Part shown: in pieces, positions 41,545 to 51,553 of the stretch
Layout of the letters: the number at the start of each line of letters is the position of its first letter
Position numbering within the stretch: position 1 is the first letter of the stretch
Origin: an uncultured Bacilli bacterium
GTDB taxonomy: Bacteria > Bacillota_I > Bacilli_A > RF39 > UBA660
DNA length: 64,000 nucleotides
NCBI GenBank assembly: GCA_934096015.1
Contig: CAKOLD010000003.1
Coordinates: 2,640 to 66,639 of the forward strand
Direction: 5' to 3'
The notes under the pieces: generated by a model
Databases searched by the model: none
Seen by the model: only the letters and a program-made list of their open reading frames with translations
What the model was told of the DNA's origin: nothing
Position numbers and translations under genes: made by a program

Positions 41545-42492
41545 GTGATAAAAATGAAAAATTTAAAAGTAGTATTTATGGGTACTCCAACATTCGCAAA
41601 ACCCATATTAGAAAAATTAATTAATCTTACTAGAGTAGAATTAGTAGTAACTCAACCAGATAAAATAGTTGGTAGAAAAAGAATATTAACACCAAGTCCT
41701 ATTAAAAAATTAGCTTTAGAAAATAACATAGAAATATTTACTCCGTCAAAGATAAAAGAAGAATATCAAAAAATTTTAGATTGTAAGCCAGATCTTATAG
41801 TTACATGTGCATATGGACAAATAATTCCAAAAATACTATTAGATTGTCCAAAATATGGATGTATTAATGTTCATGCATCATTATTACCAAAATATAGAGG
41901 AGGAGCTCCAATTCAAGCATCACTTTTAAATGGCGATAAAGAAACTGGAGTAACTTTGATGTACATGGCTGAAGGAATGGATGATGGTGATATTATAACT
42001 GAAAAAAGGATAAGCATTGAAGATAACGATGATATTCACTCCCTAAGTCAAAAATTATCTACTTTAGGAGCAGATATTTTAGCAGAAAACCTAAGTGATA
42101 TTATAAAGGGAAAAATAACCAGAATAAAACAAAATAGTGAAGATGTATCCTTTGCGTTTATTCCTAAAAGAGAAGAAGAAAAATTAGATTTTAACACTTC
42201 TGCCAAAATACTTCACAATAAAGTTAGAGCCCTTACGCCATACACTTATGCAATATTTAAAAATCAAGAAATGAAAATAGTAAAATCAAAATATATTGAC
42301 GAAGTTGCACCAGGTAAAAACGGTGAAATAGTGAAAGTTGATAAAAATAGTTTTTATATAAAATGTAAAGAAGGATTATTACAAGTTTTAGAAATAACTC
42401 CATTTTCGAAAAAAAATATGTTAGTAAGAGATTATTTTAACGGAATAAAAAAGGAAAGTTTAATTGGTGAAGTTTTAAATGAAGAAAAATAA
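41545..42492 (+). CDS. fmt: methionyl-tRNA formyltransferase
   Basis: VVFMGTPTFA N-terminus, HASLLPKYRGGAPIQ formyltransferase motif, C-terminal Fmt domain. Confidence 0.85.
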   Translation: MIKMKNLKVVFMGTPTFAKPILEKLINLTRVELVVTQPDKIVGRKRILTPSPIKKLALENNIEIFTPSKIKEEYQKILDCKPDLIVTCAYGQIIPKILLDCPKYGCINVHASLLPKYRGGAPIQASLLNGDKETGVTLMYMAEGMDDGDIITEKRISIEDNDDIHSLSQKLSTLGADILAENLSDIIKGKITRIKQNSEDVSFAFIPKREEEKLDFNTSAKILHNKVRALTPYTYAIFKNQEMKIVKSKYIDEVAPGKNGEIVKVDKNSFYIKCKEGLLQVLEITPFSKKNMLVRDYFNGIKKESLIGEVLNEEK

Positions 42493-43096
42493 TCTAAAAA
42501 AATATTGGAAAATATTAAAAGAAAATTGGAAAATACCTCGATTTAGAGCAATTATAAAGTTAAGTTTATATACTCTAATGTTTCTTATGATCATTGTTTT
42601 AGTAAGAATAGGAAATGATACAGCAAATATGGATAAAAAAACTGAAAATAAAGTTTCTTATAACGATATAATAAAAAATACTAAAGAATTGAAATATAAA
42701 CTTAGCTACAAATTAAGTAATGATAGTAATATTTGTACAATAGATGGTGATACAGAAAATAATATTTTAACTGGATACATAACATGTAATAATCAAATAA
42801 AAAAGATTCAGGTAAAAGATAACGAAATTTATAATGTAAATTATAATTCTTTAGATGAAGAATTAAACAATATTTTTGAAGGAATATTTCTATTACCGAA
42901 CAATATTATAGAATTAGTAAATAATGAAAAAAGTTATATTGAAAAAAATGAAAATAGTAGCAAATATTTATATAAAGTTAATTGGAAAGAATCAGATTAT
43001 ACTATAGAAATTATTACTGATTTATCTAAAATCGAAAAAATAATAGTGTATAATGACGAAATAAATTACGAAATTAACTTTATCTTTGACAAATAG
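42479..43096 (+). CDS. hypothetical membrane-anchored protein
   Basis: N-terminal TM helix, then a 170-aa N/K-rich domain with two Cys. Confidence 0.4.
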   Translation: MKKNNLKKYWKILKENWKIPRFRAIIKLSLYTLMFLMIIVLVRIGNDTANMDKKTENKVSYNDIIKNTKELKYKLSYKLSNDSNICTIDGDTENNILTGYITCNNQIKKIQVKDNEIYNVNYNSLDEELNNIFEGIFLLPNNIIELVNNEKSYIEKNENSSKYLYKVNWKESDYTIEIITDLSKIEKIIVYNDEINYEINFIFDK

Positions 43097-43139
43097 CACT
43101 TTTTTTGCTATTATAGCTCTTACAAAAAGAGGGGGTAAT

Positions 43140-44111
43140 ATGAAAAGAAAAACCAAAAAGATAATAGTAAATGCAATGACATTTTCAAGAATCATTGGTA
43201 CATTTTTATTACCAGGAATTATATCATTATGTGGCCCTATAGAAATGGTAGCCTATATAAGTAGTCTTTTATTAACAGACTTTATAGATGGTAAGTTAGC
43301 CAGAAAATGGGACGTTTCTACAGTTTTTGGAGCAACTTTAGATGCTTTTTCTGATAAACTTTTTGGAATATCCTTATTAATTTATTTGGTAAAATTTTAT
43401 CCTGTAATATGGCTTACAATCATTAATGAACTAATTATTGCGGGCTGTAATCTTGATGGCCTTAGAAAAGGAGTAGATATAAAATCTTCTAAAATTGGAA
43501 AATTCAAAACAGGAATACTTGATGTGACCAGTGCTCTAGCAATATTATCTGCTATAATTCCTAGTTTTAGTTTACAAGTTATAACATATTCTTTTTGTGC
43601 CTTAACTTTAGCTTCACAAGCCGCAGCATTTGTTGATTACAAATCAGAAATTGAAAAACAGTACAAATCTAATGATAATAATAAAGAGAGTTTTAAAAAA
43701 GTTATAACTGACATCATGGAAAATGCTAAGGATAAAGAAAAATTTAAGGAAATCTTATTTAGTACAAATTATTTTAAGCAAAATGAAGATAAGCCATTAT
43801 TAGAAAAATTAACAGAAAAAGAAGAAAAAAATAATAATGACAATAATCACGAAGAAATAAAATTAGACAATCTTGAAAACAACAAAGAAATCAATCAAGA
43901 ATTGACAATAGAAGAAGAAAATAAATTAAAGATTGAATTTAATCTTAATGAAAAAGAAATTGAAAAAATTAAAGAATATTTAAAGCTTACTAAATGTAAT
44001 AAAGAATCATTGGAAAAAGCTATAAAGAATATTATAGAATTAGAAAAATCACAAGATAACAATGTAATAGAAACAAGAGCTATTAAAAAGAAGGGAAAAA
44101 AATATGAATAA
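43140..44111 (+). CDS. CDP-alcohol phosphatidyltransferase (PgsA-like) with a roughly 150-aa charged coiled-coil C-terminal tail
   Basis: DG..AR...G..D...D signature (DFIDGKLARKWDVSTVFGATLDAFSDK); RBS AGAGGGGG precedes the ATG at 43140. The C-terminal half is E/K/N-rich. Confidence 0.6.
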   Translation: MKRKTKKIIVNAMTFSRIIGTFLLPGIISLCGPIEMVAYISSLLLTDFIDGKLARKWDVSTVFGATLDAFSDKLFGISLLIYLVKFYPVIWLTIINELIIAGCNLDGLRKGVDIKSSKIGKFKTGILDVTSALAILSAIIPSFSLQVITYSFCALTLASQAAAFVDYKSEIEKQYKSNDNNKESFKKVITDIMENAKDKEKFKEILFSTNYFKQNEDKPLLEKLTEKEEKNNNDNNHEEIKLDNLENNKEINQELTIEEENKLKIEFNLNEKEIEKIKEYLKLTKCNKESLEKAIKNIIELEKSQDNNVIETRAIKKKGKKYE

Positions 44112-44673
44112 TAATATTGAAAATGAGAGAACAAAAAAAGACATTGAAAAAGATATGGCAACAAATAGATTGCTTCTAGTAGGATTATCATTTTCTTCAT
44201 TAATTGGAGCAATAATGTTACTTACAGATCCAACAATTTTAAGTGTTGCTGTTACATTAATTAATGCAGGATTTATGTGCTACGGAATGGCTGCTATAGA
44301 AAAAAATCGAAGAGAATTAGAAACTGTGGAAGAAAATAAAGTTGATATGAAAGAAAATGAAAACTTTGAGCCAGTAAAAGAAGAAACAAAAACTTTAAAT
44401 CTATCTAAAAAATTAGATGAAAAACACGATTATAGTTTTTCAGTAAGTGAAAAAACAGAATTAAAGTATATCTATAATTTAACTCCAATTGAAGTTGATA
44501 GATTAGAAGAATATGCTAAAGCAAATAAAATTGATTATGAAACACTATTAAATTATTTTAATGAATACATTGAAATATTAGAAAACGCTTATGTTTATCC
44601 AGATGAAAGCAAATTTGAACAATTTGTAAGTAATAAAAAGTTAAAAAAAGAAAAAACTATTGACAACAACTAA
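44104..44673 (+). CDS. hypothetical membrane protein with an acidic C-terminal region
   Basis: Two TM helices; ORF only. Confidence 0.35.
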   Translation: MNNNIENERTKKDIEKDMATNRLLLVGLSFSSLIGAIMLLTDPTILSVAVTLINAGFMCYGMAAIEKNRRELETVEENKVDMKENENFEPVKEETKTLNLSKKLDEKHDYSFSVSEKTELKYIYNLTPIEVDRLEEYAKANKIDYETLLNYFNEYIEILENAYVYPDESKFEQFVSNKKLKKEKTIDNN

Positions 44674-44687
44674 AAAAATGTTATAAT
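44660..44687 (+). promoter_or_regulatory. sigma-A-type promoter for the infC-rpmI-rplT operon
   Basis: TTGACA at 44660-44665, 16-nt spacer, TATAAT at 44682-44687. Confidence 0.5.
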
Positions 44688-44694
44688 AAATAAC

Positions 44695-44815
44695 GAAAAA
44701 AAGGAAAGAGATGTATCCACATCCACCTGATTACTTACAGTAATAGGTAAATAGCCGAATAAAACTAAAGCTAAAAGTGGATACATTTTGTATTCACTTT
44801 TTTAATTATATGGAG
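44695..44815 (+). ncRNA. L20-type (infC) autoregulatory leader with a long-range helix and an attenuator terminator
   Basis: GATGTATCCAC at about 44711 pairs with GTGGATACAT at about 44777. Then AAAAGTG...CACTTTTTT hairpin with a U-tract just before the infC RBS GGAGGTG. Confidence 0.45.
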
Positions 44816-44834
44816 GTGCGTTTGTATAGCAAAC

Positions 44835-45353
44835 ATGAAAAAAGATGATCTACCGATCAATGGGCAAATTAGAGTTGAAGAATTAATGGTAATTGGTCCA
44901 AATGGAGAACAAATGGGTACTAAAAAATTAAAAGATGCCTTAACATTAGCCAACTATGCAGGTCTTGATTTAGTTTTAATGAATAATTCAAAAACATCAG
45001 CAGTTGGAAAAATAATGGATTATAACAAATTCCGTTATGAAAAACAAAAGAAACAAAAAGAAGCATTAAAAAAACAAAGAGAAAACAACAAAGAAATAAA
45101 AGAATATCAATTATCAGTAACAATCGATGTTCATGATTTTGAAACGCGTAAAAAAAACGCAGTAGAATACTTAAAAAAAGGACATAAAATAAAAGTCTCT
45201 TTAAGATTTAAAGGCCGTCAAATGGCACATACAGAACTTGGAAGAGATGTATTATTAAAATTTGCTGAAGAGTTAAGTGAAGTAGCAGATAAAGAATCTG
45301 AACCAAAACTTGAAGGTAGAAATATGACAATGATGTTAGCACCAAAAAAATAA
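44835..45353 (+). CDS. infC: translation initiation factor IF-3
   Basis: INGQIRVEELMVIGPNGEQMG ... GRNMTMMLAPKK colinear with IF3. Confidence 0.85.
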   Translation: MKKDDLPINGQIRVEELMVIGPNGEQMGTKKLKDALTLANYAGLDLVLMNNSKTSAVGKIMDYNKFRYEKQKKQKEALKKQRENNKEIKEYQLSVTIDVHDFETRKKNAVEYLKKGHKIKVSLRFKGRQMAHTELGRDVLLKFAEELSEVADKESEPKLEGRNMTMMLAPKK

Positions 45354-45366
45354 GGAGGAAATAAAT

Positions 45367-45555
45367 ATGCCAAAAATGAAAACACACAAATCAAGTAGTA
45401 AAGTGTTAAAAAAGAAAAAAAATGGTAGCTTAGTTTATAAAAAATCTAATGGTAATCATAAAACTGCAAAAGATTCTAGTAAACAAGTTAGACAAAGAAG
45501 AAATAAAGGAATTTTAGCGAAAGGAGAAGCTGACAGATTAAAAAATGTCATCTAA
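45367..45555 (+). CDS. rpmI: 50S ribosomal protein L35
   Basis: MPKMKTHKSSSK... basic 62-aa protein; operon position. Confidence 0.85.
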   Translation: MPKMKTHKSSSKVLKKKKNGSLVYKKSNGNHKTAKDSSKQVRQRRNKGILAKGEADRLKNVI

Positions 45556-45566
45556 TGTGATGTAAT

Positions 45567-46085
45567 ATGACAAGAGTTAAAGGCGGTTCTGTTGCTAAAA
45601 ACAGAAGAAGAAAAGTATTAAAACAAGCTAAAGGTTATTTTGGAAGTAAACATAGATTATTTAAAACAGCACAAGAACAAGTTTTCCACAGTGGAGCATA
45701 TGCTTACAGAGACCGTAAAGCTAATAAGAGAAATTTCAGAAAATTATGGATTACAAGAATCAATGCAGCTTGTAGAGAAAATAATATAAGTTATTCAAAA
45801 TTTATTAATGGTCTTAACAAAGCAGGTATTGAAATCAATAGAAAAATGTTAAGTGAAGTAGCAATCGATAATCCAGCTATGTTCACAGAATTAGTAAATC
45901 AAGCAAATAATGCTTTAGCAGGTAAAAAAACAGTTAAAAATACACCAAAAGCTGAACCAGCAAAAGAAGAAACAAAAGATTTAAGTAAAATGACTGTTGC
46001 TGAATTAAAAAATCTCGCTAAAGAAAAAGGAATAACTGGTTATACCACAATGAAAAAAGACGAGTTATTAAATGCCTTAAAATAA
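45567..46085 (+). CDS. rplT: 50S ribosomal protein L20 with a roughly 50-aa C-terminal Rho_N/SAP-like extension
   Basis: First roughly 120 aa colinear with L20 ([29 protein letters not shown]...WITRINAA). The tail ends [31 protein letters not shown]. Confidence 0.85.
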   Translation: MTRVKGGSVAKNRRRKVLKQAKGYFGSKHRLFKTAQEQVFHSGAYAYRDRKANKRNFRKLWITRINAACRENNISYSKFINGLNKAGIEINRKMLSEVAIDNPAMFTELVNQANNALAGKKTVKNTPKAEPAKEETKDLSKMTVAELKNLAKEKGITGYTTMKKDELLNALK

Positions 46086-46087
46086 GT

Positions 46088-46112
46088 AGTTGAATATATC
46101 AACTATTTTTTT
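46088..46112 (+). terminator. rho-independent terminator after rplT
   Basis: AGTTGA-atata-TCAACT hairpin followed by ATTTTTTTT. Confidence 0.6.
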
Positions 46113-46113
46113 A

Positions 46114-46141
46114 TTGACTTTTAAATGTTATTTTATATAAT
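46114..46141 (+). promoter_or_regulatory. sigma-A-type promoter upstream of the kinase-like gene
   Basis: TTGACT at 46114-46119, 16-nt spacer, TATAAT at 46136-46141. Confidence 0.45.
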
Positions 46142-46164
46142 ATTTGTTTGCAAGGACAAATTAT

Positions 46165-47025
46165 ATGGAAATTATAAATTATGAAAGTAAAAATTTTAGA
46201 AAATTAAAAAAATATAAATTACATAAAAAAATAGATAATAGTGAGTCTTTTTTGTATGTTAAAAATAATTCTGACACCAAAAAAGAATTGATTAAAATAT
46301 TTATACTTAATGACGGATCATATTTTGAAAATAAAAAATCCACATTAGAAAAGCTTTATAATCTAAAAGGAAAAGCAATACCAGATCAAATTGTTTTACC
46401 CAATAATTTTATATCAATTAACGGAAAAATAAGTGGATATAGTCAAGATTTAATAGAAAATAATATTAATTTACAAATTATTTTAGATAACCCTTTAATT
46501 CCGATTTCAACAAAAATAGACCTTTTATACAAAGTTGCAATTTTACTCGAAAAAATTGAGAAGAACCCTCTACTAAGAGAACATAATTTTTATTTAGGTG
46601 ATATTCATTCAGGTAATTTCATTTACGATAAGAATAGCCAAAATATTAAAGCAATTGATGTTGATAGTTCAACAATTGATGCTAATAAACCGGGAACAGC
46701 AAAATATTTATGTAATAGTATCAATCTTGGAAATAAATATTCCAACAATAAAAGAAATTACAATTCTACAATACTATGTTACTATTACATGCTGTTAAGT
46801 TTTCTAGCAAATACTAACATAAGTAATCAACCAAAAGGTTTTTATTTAAGATATCTAAAATTTTTAAAACAATGCGGAATAAACGAAGAATTATGTTATT
46901 ATTTATCGTTAATATATACAGATTCTGATAATATCTTAAAACCAGACCTTATTAAAACTCTCGACGATCAAACTTTAAAAAAAGTGCAAAAAAAAAGCTT
47001 TTATTCAAGCTTTAAAACATTTTAA
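46165..47025 (+). CDS. phosphotransferase/kinase-like protein (APH/CotS-like fold)
   Basis: Catalytic-loop-like LGDIHSGNFIYD and metal-binding-like IKAIDVDSS resemble the aminoglycoside/choline/CotS kinase family. ATG at 46165 follows AAGGA. Confidence 0.4.
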   Translation: MEIINYESKNFRKLKKYKLHKKIDNSESFLYVKNNSDTKKELIKIFILNDGSYFENKKSTLEKLYNLKGKAIPDQIVLPNNFISINGKISGYSQDLIENNINLQIILDNPLIPISTKIDLLYKVAILLEKIEKNPLLREHNFYLGDIHSGNFIYDKNSQNIKAIDVDSSTIDANKPGTAKYLCNSINLGNKYSNNKRNYNSTILCYYYMLLSFLANTNISNQPKGFYLRYLKFLKQCGINEELCYYLSLIYTDSDNILKPDLIKTLDDQTLKKVQKKSFYSSFKTF

Positions 47026-47735
47026 CTAATAAAATTTTTAATATACTCATTATATGCTTTATAATCTAAAGTGTTAGTGTTGGGAATAAACCCAATATTT
47101 TTTTTATCTAAAACCGTTTTTACAATATAGTCAGTTAACTGTGGATTTCTAATTAAAATAGGCCCAATTATATAAGTAGCAATAAAGTTCTTATAATGAA
47201 TACCTTCATATTTAGTTTTATAATTTTCTGCATGTCCATTAATAACACTAAATAAATAATTTTCTTTATTGTTCATTATACATTGTCTATTTTGAAAACC
47301 AATCAAAGGTTCCTTTAAAAAATCACACTCTACAAGTTGTTCTCCCATTATTCTTTCATGAACTTCTTTTGCATAAAAATCAAATATCCCTAAACAATCA
47401 ATAATAGAATCATTAATTCTTTCAATATAATTACCAAATAATTCAATGGAATTTCCTGTACAAATAATAAATTTGTTATTATTTATAGCATTCTTAAAAT
47501 CATCTTTATGTTTAATAATATCTTGAGCAACGATATTTTCATTAAATTCACTTCCTGATCCTATATAACCTATGTCATATTTTGAAAGATTAATTTCATC
47601 ACCAATAGTTAATTTTTCAACCTCACAACTTACACCTTGAGAGATAAAATTTTCCCTTAATGCTAACACATTTCCATTTTCTCCATATAAATTCATTAAA
47701 TCATAATATAAATGAGCTATTCTAATTGTTTTCAT
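47022..47735 (-). CDS. gatD: lipid II isoglutaminyl synthase glutaminase subunit (CobB/CobQ-like GATase)
   Basis: N-terminus MKTIRIAHLYYDLMNLYGENGN is typical of GatD. Immediately downstream of, and overlapping, murT. Confidence 0.75.
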   Translation of the reverse strand: MKTIRIAHLYYDLMNLYGENGNVLALRENFISQGVSCEVEKLTIGDEINLSKYDIGYIGSGSEFNENIVAQDIIKHKDDFKNAINNNKFIICTGNSIELFGNYIERINDSIIDCLGIFDFYAKEVHERIMGEQLVECDFLKEPLIGFQNRQCIMNNKENYLFSVINGHAENYKTKYEGIHYKNFIATYIIGPILIRNPQLTDYIVKTVLDKKNIGFIPNTNTLDYKAYNEYIKNFIS

Positions 47736-49077
47736 TGTAATCTCTCACTTTCTTTTTTATTATTGCAGTCATATCAAAACATACCATAGTATAAATGTTA
47801 CCTTGAGAATTACTTCTTATTAAATCGATCAAATTATTTAAATTATCAACAAGTATAATTTTATCATCATCTATGTTATCGTATTTTAAACGAGTTCTAA
47901 CATCATATCTGAATCGACCAATACAGAATATTTTATCTATACTTTCATCATTAAATGAACTGAAATCAACATCATATAACCAACTCAAATCATTTTCTTT
48001 ATATCTTCTTGAAACATTATCAAATCCTAATATAACAGTTTTTAATCCTTTTTGATCTTTTATAAAATTTAATGATTGTAAATAACTTAAGCAATTTTCA
48101 TTTTTACTTTCAAGCATAAGTATAGGTCTATCATCAATTTTAAGTTCTTGCATTCTTTTACTTTCCATAACATTAACATTTAATGCTTGTTTTAAAATTT
48201 CTTCACTAATTCCCAAAGTTTTACAAAGAGCATAAGTAGCAGTTGTATAGTAAACAGCAAAAAAGATATTTTTATTTAATCTAATTAAAGAATCATTAAT
48301 TGTAAAAAAGCCTTTATCTAAATTAATATCTTTAGCCTCATAATCAAGTTTCCCTCTAGTAAATTCACAATTAGGACAAGTATATTTTCCCATATGTCCA
48401 TAATGATAAAAAGAATATTTAAGTTTTGTAAAACATAAAGGACAATATTGAGCATCAACAGAGTCATTTTCTTTTAAGTTACGAGAATATTTATTCTTTC
48501 CAATTCCGTAAGTAGTAATTATTCCATTATGAAAATATTTAAAACGATTCAAAAACGGATCATCAGCATTTATTATCAAATGTAAGTTAGGATCAATTGA
48601 TTTCTTTATTTTTTCTAAAATCAATTCAGGATGTCCATTTCTAGCAGGTTGATCTCTAGTAATATTAGTTAAAACCATATGAGTTAAAACACCTTTATCA
48701 AAAATTTGATCAATATATGATTCATCAAGTTCCATTAATAATACATCACATTTTAACTTATGACTAAAAAAAGTACTATTATTCAATATTAAAGTTACAG
48801 CAGCATTAATTAAATTAGAACCACTTTTATTCCAAACCACTTTATAACCAGCTTCATTTAAAACGTGTGCGACCAAACTAGTTGTTGAACCCTTACCACT
48901 AGAACCTGTTACTCCTATAACATATTTGGGATATTTTATTTTTTTTAAAATATTTTTATCAAACGGAACAACTAAACTTCCAGGAAATACGCTTCCATCT
49001 CTTCCAAATAATTTACAAACTAATGTAGCAAATTTATTAAGTAAAATTAAAAATGTAGTTTTCATAATAATCACCAA
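47722..49077 (-). CDS. murT: lipid II isoglutaminyl synthase, Mur-ligase-like subunit
   Basis: Mur ligase central domain P-loop VTGSSGKGSTT; Cys4 ribbon CPLCF...CPNCEF; DUF1727-type C-terminus. Confidence 0.75.
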   Translation of the reverse strand: MVIIMKTTFLILLNKFATLVCKLFGRDGSVFPGSLVVPFDKNILKKIKYPKYVIGVTGSSGKGSTTSLVAHVLNEAGYKVVWNKSGSNLINAAVTLILNNSTFFSHKLKCDVLLMELDESYIDQIFDKGVLTHMVLTNITRDQPARNGHPELILEKIKKSIDPNLHLIINADDPFLNRFKYFHNGIITTYGIGKNKYSRNLKENDSVDAQYCPLCFTKLKYSFYHYGHMGKYTCPNCEFTRGKLDYEAKDINLDKGFFTINDSLIRLNKNIFFAVYYTTATYALCKTLGISEEILKQALNVNVMESKRMQELKIDDRPILMLESKNENCLSYLQSLNFIKDQKGLKTVILGFDNVSRRYKENDLSWLYDVDFSSFNDESIDKIFCIGRFRYDVRTRLKYDNIDDDKIILVDNLNNLIDLIRSNSQGNIYTMVCFDMTAIIKKKVRDYNENN

Positions 49078-49175
49078 TATTATTATAACACGCAGGTCAA
49101 AAAAAACTAACTAAAATATATTGTTGAGTAAATTTTTTGTTTATAGTATAATTATTAAAGTGGATAGGTGTTAAT

Positions 49176-50417
49176 ATGAGACGAATACTAGGAAGTGTTG
49201 ATTTAGGCAGTGACACAATAAAACTTGTTGTCGCTGAAATTATTAATAATCAAATAAAGATATTATGTGCAATCAATGAACCATCAAGAGGAATAAAAAA
49301 TGGTCTTATTATAAATGCTGATGACGCAGTTTTTTGTCTAAAAAAAGCTTTTAAAAGAGCAGAAGAACTCTTAGGAGTTAAAGTAAATAAGATAATAGCA
49401 AACATTTCATCAATTAATTTAGAAATCATAAAAGGGGAAGGCACTAACACCATATCTGGAGAAGACAGTATAATTAGTGGTAATGATATTGTTAGAATTT
49501 TACAAACTAGTTGTTACAATAAAATACCTGACAATTTAGAATTAATAAATGTGCTTCCTATAAGTTATAAAGTTGATAATAAAATAGTTAGAGATCCTAG
49601 AGGAATGCAAGGGAAAAAATTAAGTGTAAAATCACTACTAATTGCAACTCCCAAAAAAAATGTTTATTCTGTAGTGAAATGCTTAGAAAAATGTAATGTT
49701 AAAGTAATAGATATTACTTTAGGAAGTATTGCAGATTACAGCACCATTAAAAATAAATATACAGAAGAAAATACGGGAATAATAGTCAATATGGGAAAAG
49801 ATAAAACTACTTTGAGTGCCTTTACAAAAGGAATACTATTTAAAGAAAAAATAATAGATGCTGGTGGCTTTAACTTAGATAATGATATTTCTTTCATATA
49901 TAAATTAAAGCTAGAAGACTCAAAAATGTTAAAAGAAAAATTAGCATTAGCTAATAAGTATAATTCTAATCCTAAAGAAATAGAAACAATAATAAATAAG
50001 TTAGGAGAAAAAGTTGAAATAAATCAATATGAATTAACAGAAATTTGTTCAAGTAGATTAGATGAAATTTTAAATTTAATAAAAAAAGAAATAAACTACT
50101 TAACAAAAAAAGAAATTAGTTATATAATATTCACAGGAGGAACGTCGGAATTTAAAGACTTTCCCATAGAAATAGATAGTATTTTTAATGAAAAAGCCAA
50201 AGTTGATGAACTAAAAATCATAGGAGCAAGAAGTAATATTTATTCAACTTCAATTGGCATGATAAAATATTTTAATGAAAAATTAAATCTTAGAGATAGA
50301 GAATATTCGATATTTGACGAGGAAGATATAGAAACTATTAGTAGTGAAAATACCAAAGTTAATATAACGAATGATTCAATAATAGGTAAGGTTTTTGGTT
50401 ATTTTTTTGACAATTAA
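49176..50417 (+). CDS. ftsA: cell division protein FtsA
   Basis: Actin-like ATPase N-terminus VDLGSDTIKLVVAEI; directly upstream of ftsZ. Confidence 0.85.
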   Translation: MRRILGSVDLGSDTIKLVVAEIINNQIKILCAINEPSRGIKNGLIINADDAVFCLKKAFKRAEELLGVKVNKIIANISSINLEIIKGEGTNTISGEDSIISGNDIVRILQTSCYNKIPDNLELINVLPISYKVDNKIVRDPRGMQGKKLSVKSLLIATPKKNVYSVVKCLEKCNVKVIDITLGSIADYSTIKNKYTEENTGIIVNMGKDKTTLSAFTKGILFKEKIIDAGGFNLDNDISFIYKLKLEDSKMLKEKLALANKYNSNPKEIETIINKLGEKVEINQYELTEICSSRLDEILNLIKKEINYLTKKEISYIIFTGGTSEFKDFPIEIDSIFNEKAKVDELKIIGARSNIYSTSIGMIKYFNEKLNLRDREYSIFDEEDIETISSENTKVNITNDSIIGKVFGYFFDN

Positions 50418-50429
50418 GGAGGAGTTTTA

Positions 50430-51494
50430 ATGAACGGTCTACAAATGGACGCAATAGCAAAAATAAAAGTAATCGGTGCCGGTGGAGGCGGGTGTAACGC
50501 TGTAAACCGTATGATAGAATCAGGGGTAAAAGGTGTAGAATTCATAGTTGCAAATACTGATTTGCAAGTATTAAATGCTTCTAAAGCTGAAATAAAATTG
50601 CAAATAGGAGAATCAATTACAAATGGTTTAGGAGCAGGAGCAAATCCAGAAATTGGAAGAGAAGCCGCTTTAGAAAGTAAAACAGAAATATCAGAAGCTT
50701 TAAAAGGCGCTGATATGGTATTTGTAACTTGTGGTATGGGAGGCGGAACTGGAACAGGTGCCGCACCAGTAATAGCAGAAATAGCCCAAGATTTAGGAGC
50801 ACTAACAGTTGGAATAGTAACAAAACCTTTTAAATTTGAAGGTAAAAAAAGAATGGAACAAGCAGTTTTAGGATTAGACGAGTTAAAAAAACACGTTGAT
50901 ACCCTTATTGTTATTCCTAATGATAGATTAAGAGATATTATTGATAAATCTACTCCAATGTTAGAAGCCTTTAAAGAAGTAGACAATGTTTTACATAGAG
51001 GTGTTCAATCAATTTCAGACCTAATTGCAGTATCTGGTTTAGTCAATCTAGACTTTGCTGACGTAAAAGCAGTAATGGAAAAACGAGGAAATGCTTTAAT
51101 TGGAATTGGTCTAGGTGTTGGAGAAAATAGAGCAATTGAAGCCGCTAAACAAGCAGTATCAAGCCCTCTATTAGAAACAAGTATAACAGGAGCTACAGAT
51201 GCAATAATAAATGTTACAGGTGGAAATTCCTTAACATTGTTTGAAGCAGAAGATGCAGCTGAAGTTGTTAGAGCTAGCGCTAACACTGATATAAACATCA
51301 TATTCGGTGCAGTTATCAATGAAAATTTAAATGATGAAGTAATCGTTACCGTAATTGCTACTGGATTTGATGAAGAAAATCCAAGTATGGAATACACAGA
51401 TTACACTACAAGCCAAACAAGAAGTAGTAAATCTATAACAGATGACAGCGATTTTGATATTCCTCCCTTTTTAAGAGATAGAGATGATTTTTAA
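50430..51494 (+). CDS. ftsZ: cell division protein FtsZ
   Basis: [29 protein letters not shown] tubulin signature, NVDFAD T7 loop. Confidence 0.9.
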   Translation: MNGLQMDAIAKIKVIGAGGGGCNAVNRMIESGVKGVEFIVANTDLQVLNASKAEIKLQIGESITNGLGAGANPEIGREAALESKTEISEALKGADMVFVTCGMGGGTGTGAAPVIAEIAQDLGALTVGIVTKPFKFEGKKRMEQAVLGLDELKKHVDTLIVIPNDRLRDIIDKSTPMLEAFKEVDNVLHRGVQSISDLIAVSGLVNLDFADVKAVMEKRGNALIGIGLGVGENRAIEAAKQAVSSPLLETSITGATDAIINVTGGNSLTLFEAEDAAEVVRASANTDINIIFGAVINENLNDEVIVTVIATGFDEENPSMEYTDYTTSQTRSSKSITDDSDFDIPPFLRDRDDF

Positions 51495-51515
51495 AAGATA
51501 ATTTTTATCTTTTTT

Positions 51516-51549
51516 TTTGACATTTTTTTTATGAGTAATAAGCTAAAAT
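51516..51549 (+). promoter_or_regulatory. candidate spoIIG-type promoter: TTGACA -35 overlapping a near-0A-box, 22-nt spacer, TAAAAT
   Basis: TTGACA at 51516-51521 (TTTGACA is 6/7 of the TTCGACA 0A box), a 22-nt spacer, TAAAAT at 51544-51549. It follows the ftsZ terminator AAGATAA-ttt-TTATCTT plus a T-run. Confidence 0.3.
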
Positions 51550-51553
51550 ATAA

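Noticed and set aside
50414-51397. Long minus-strand ORFs (190 aa and 130 aa) antisense to ftsZ
   Set aside because: They lie entirely inside the strongly supported ftsZ frame. They are shadow ORFs generated by the Gly/Ala-rich, GC-richer ftsZ sequence and have no RBS or motif.
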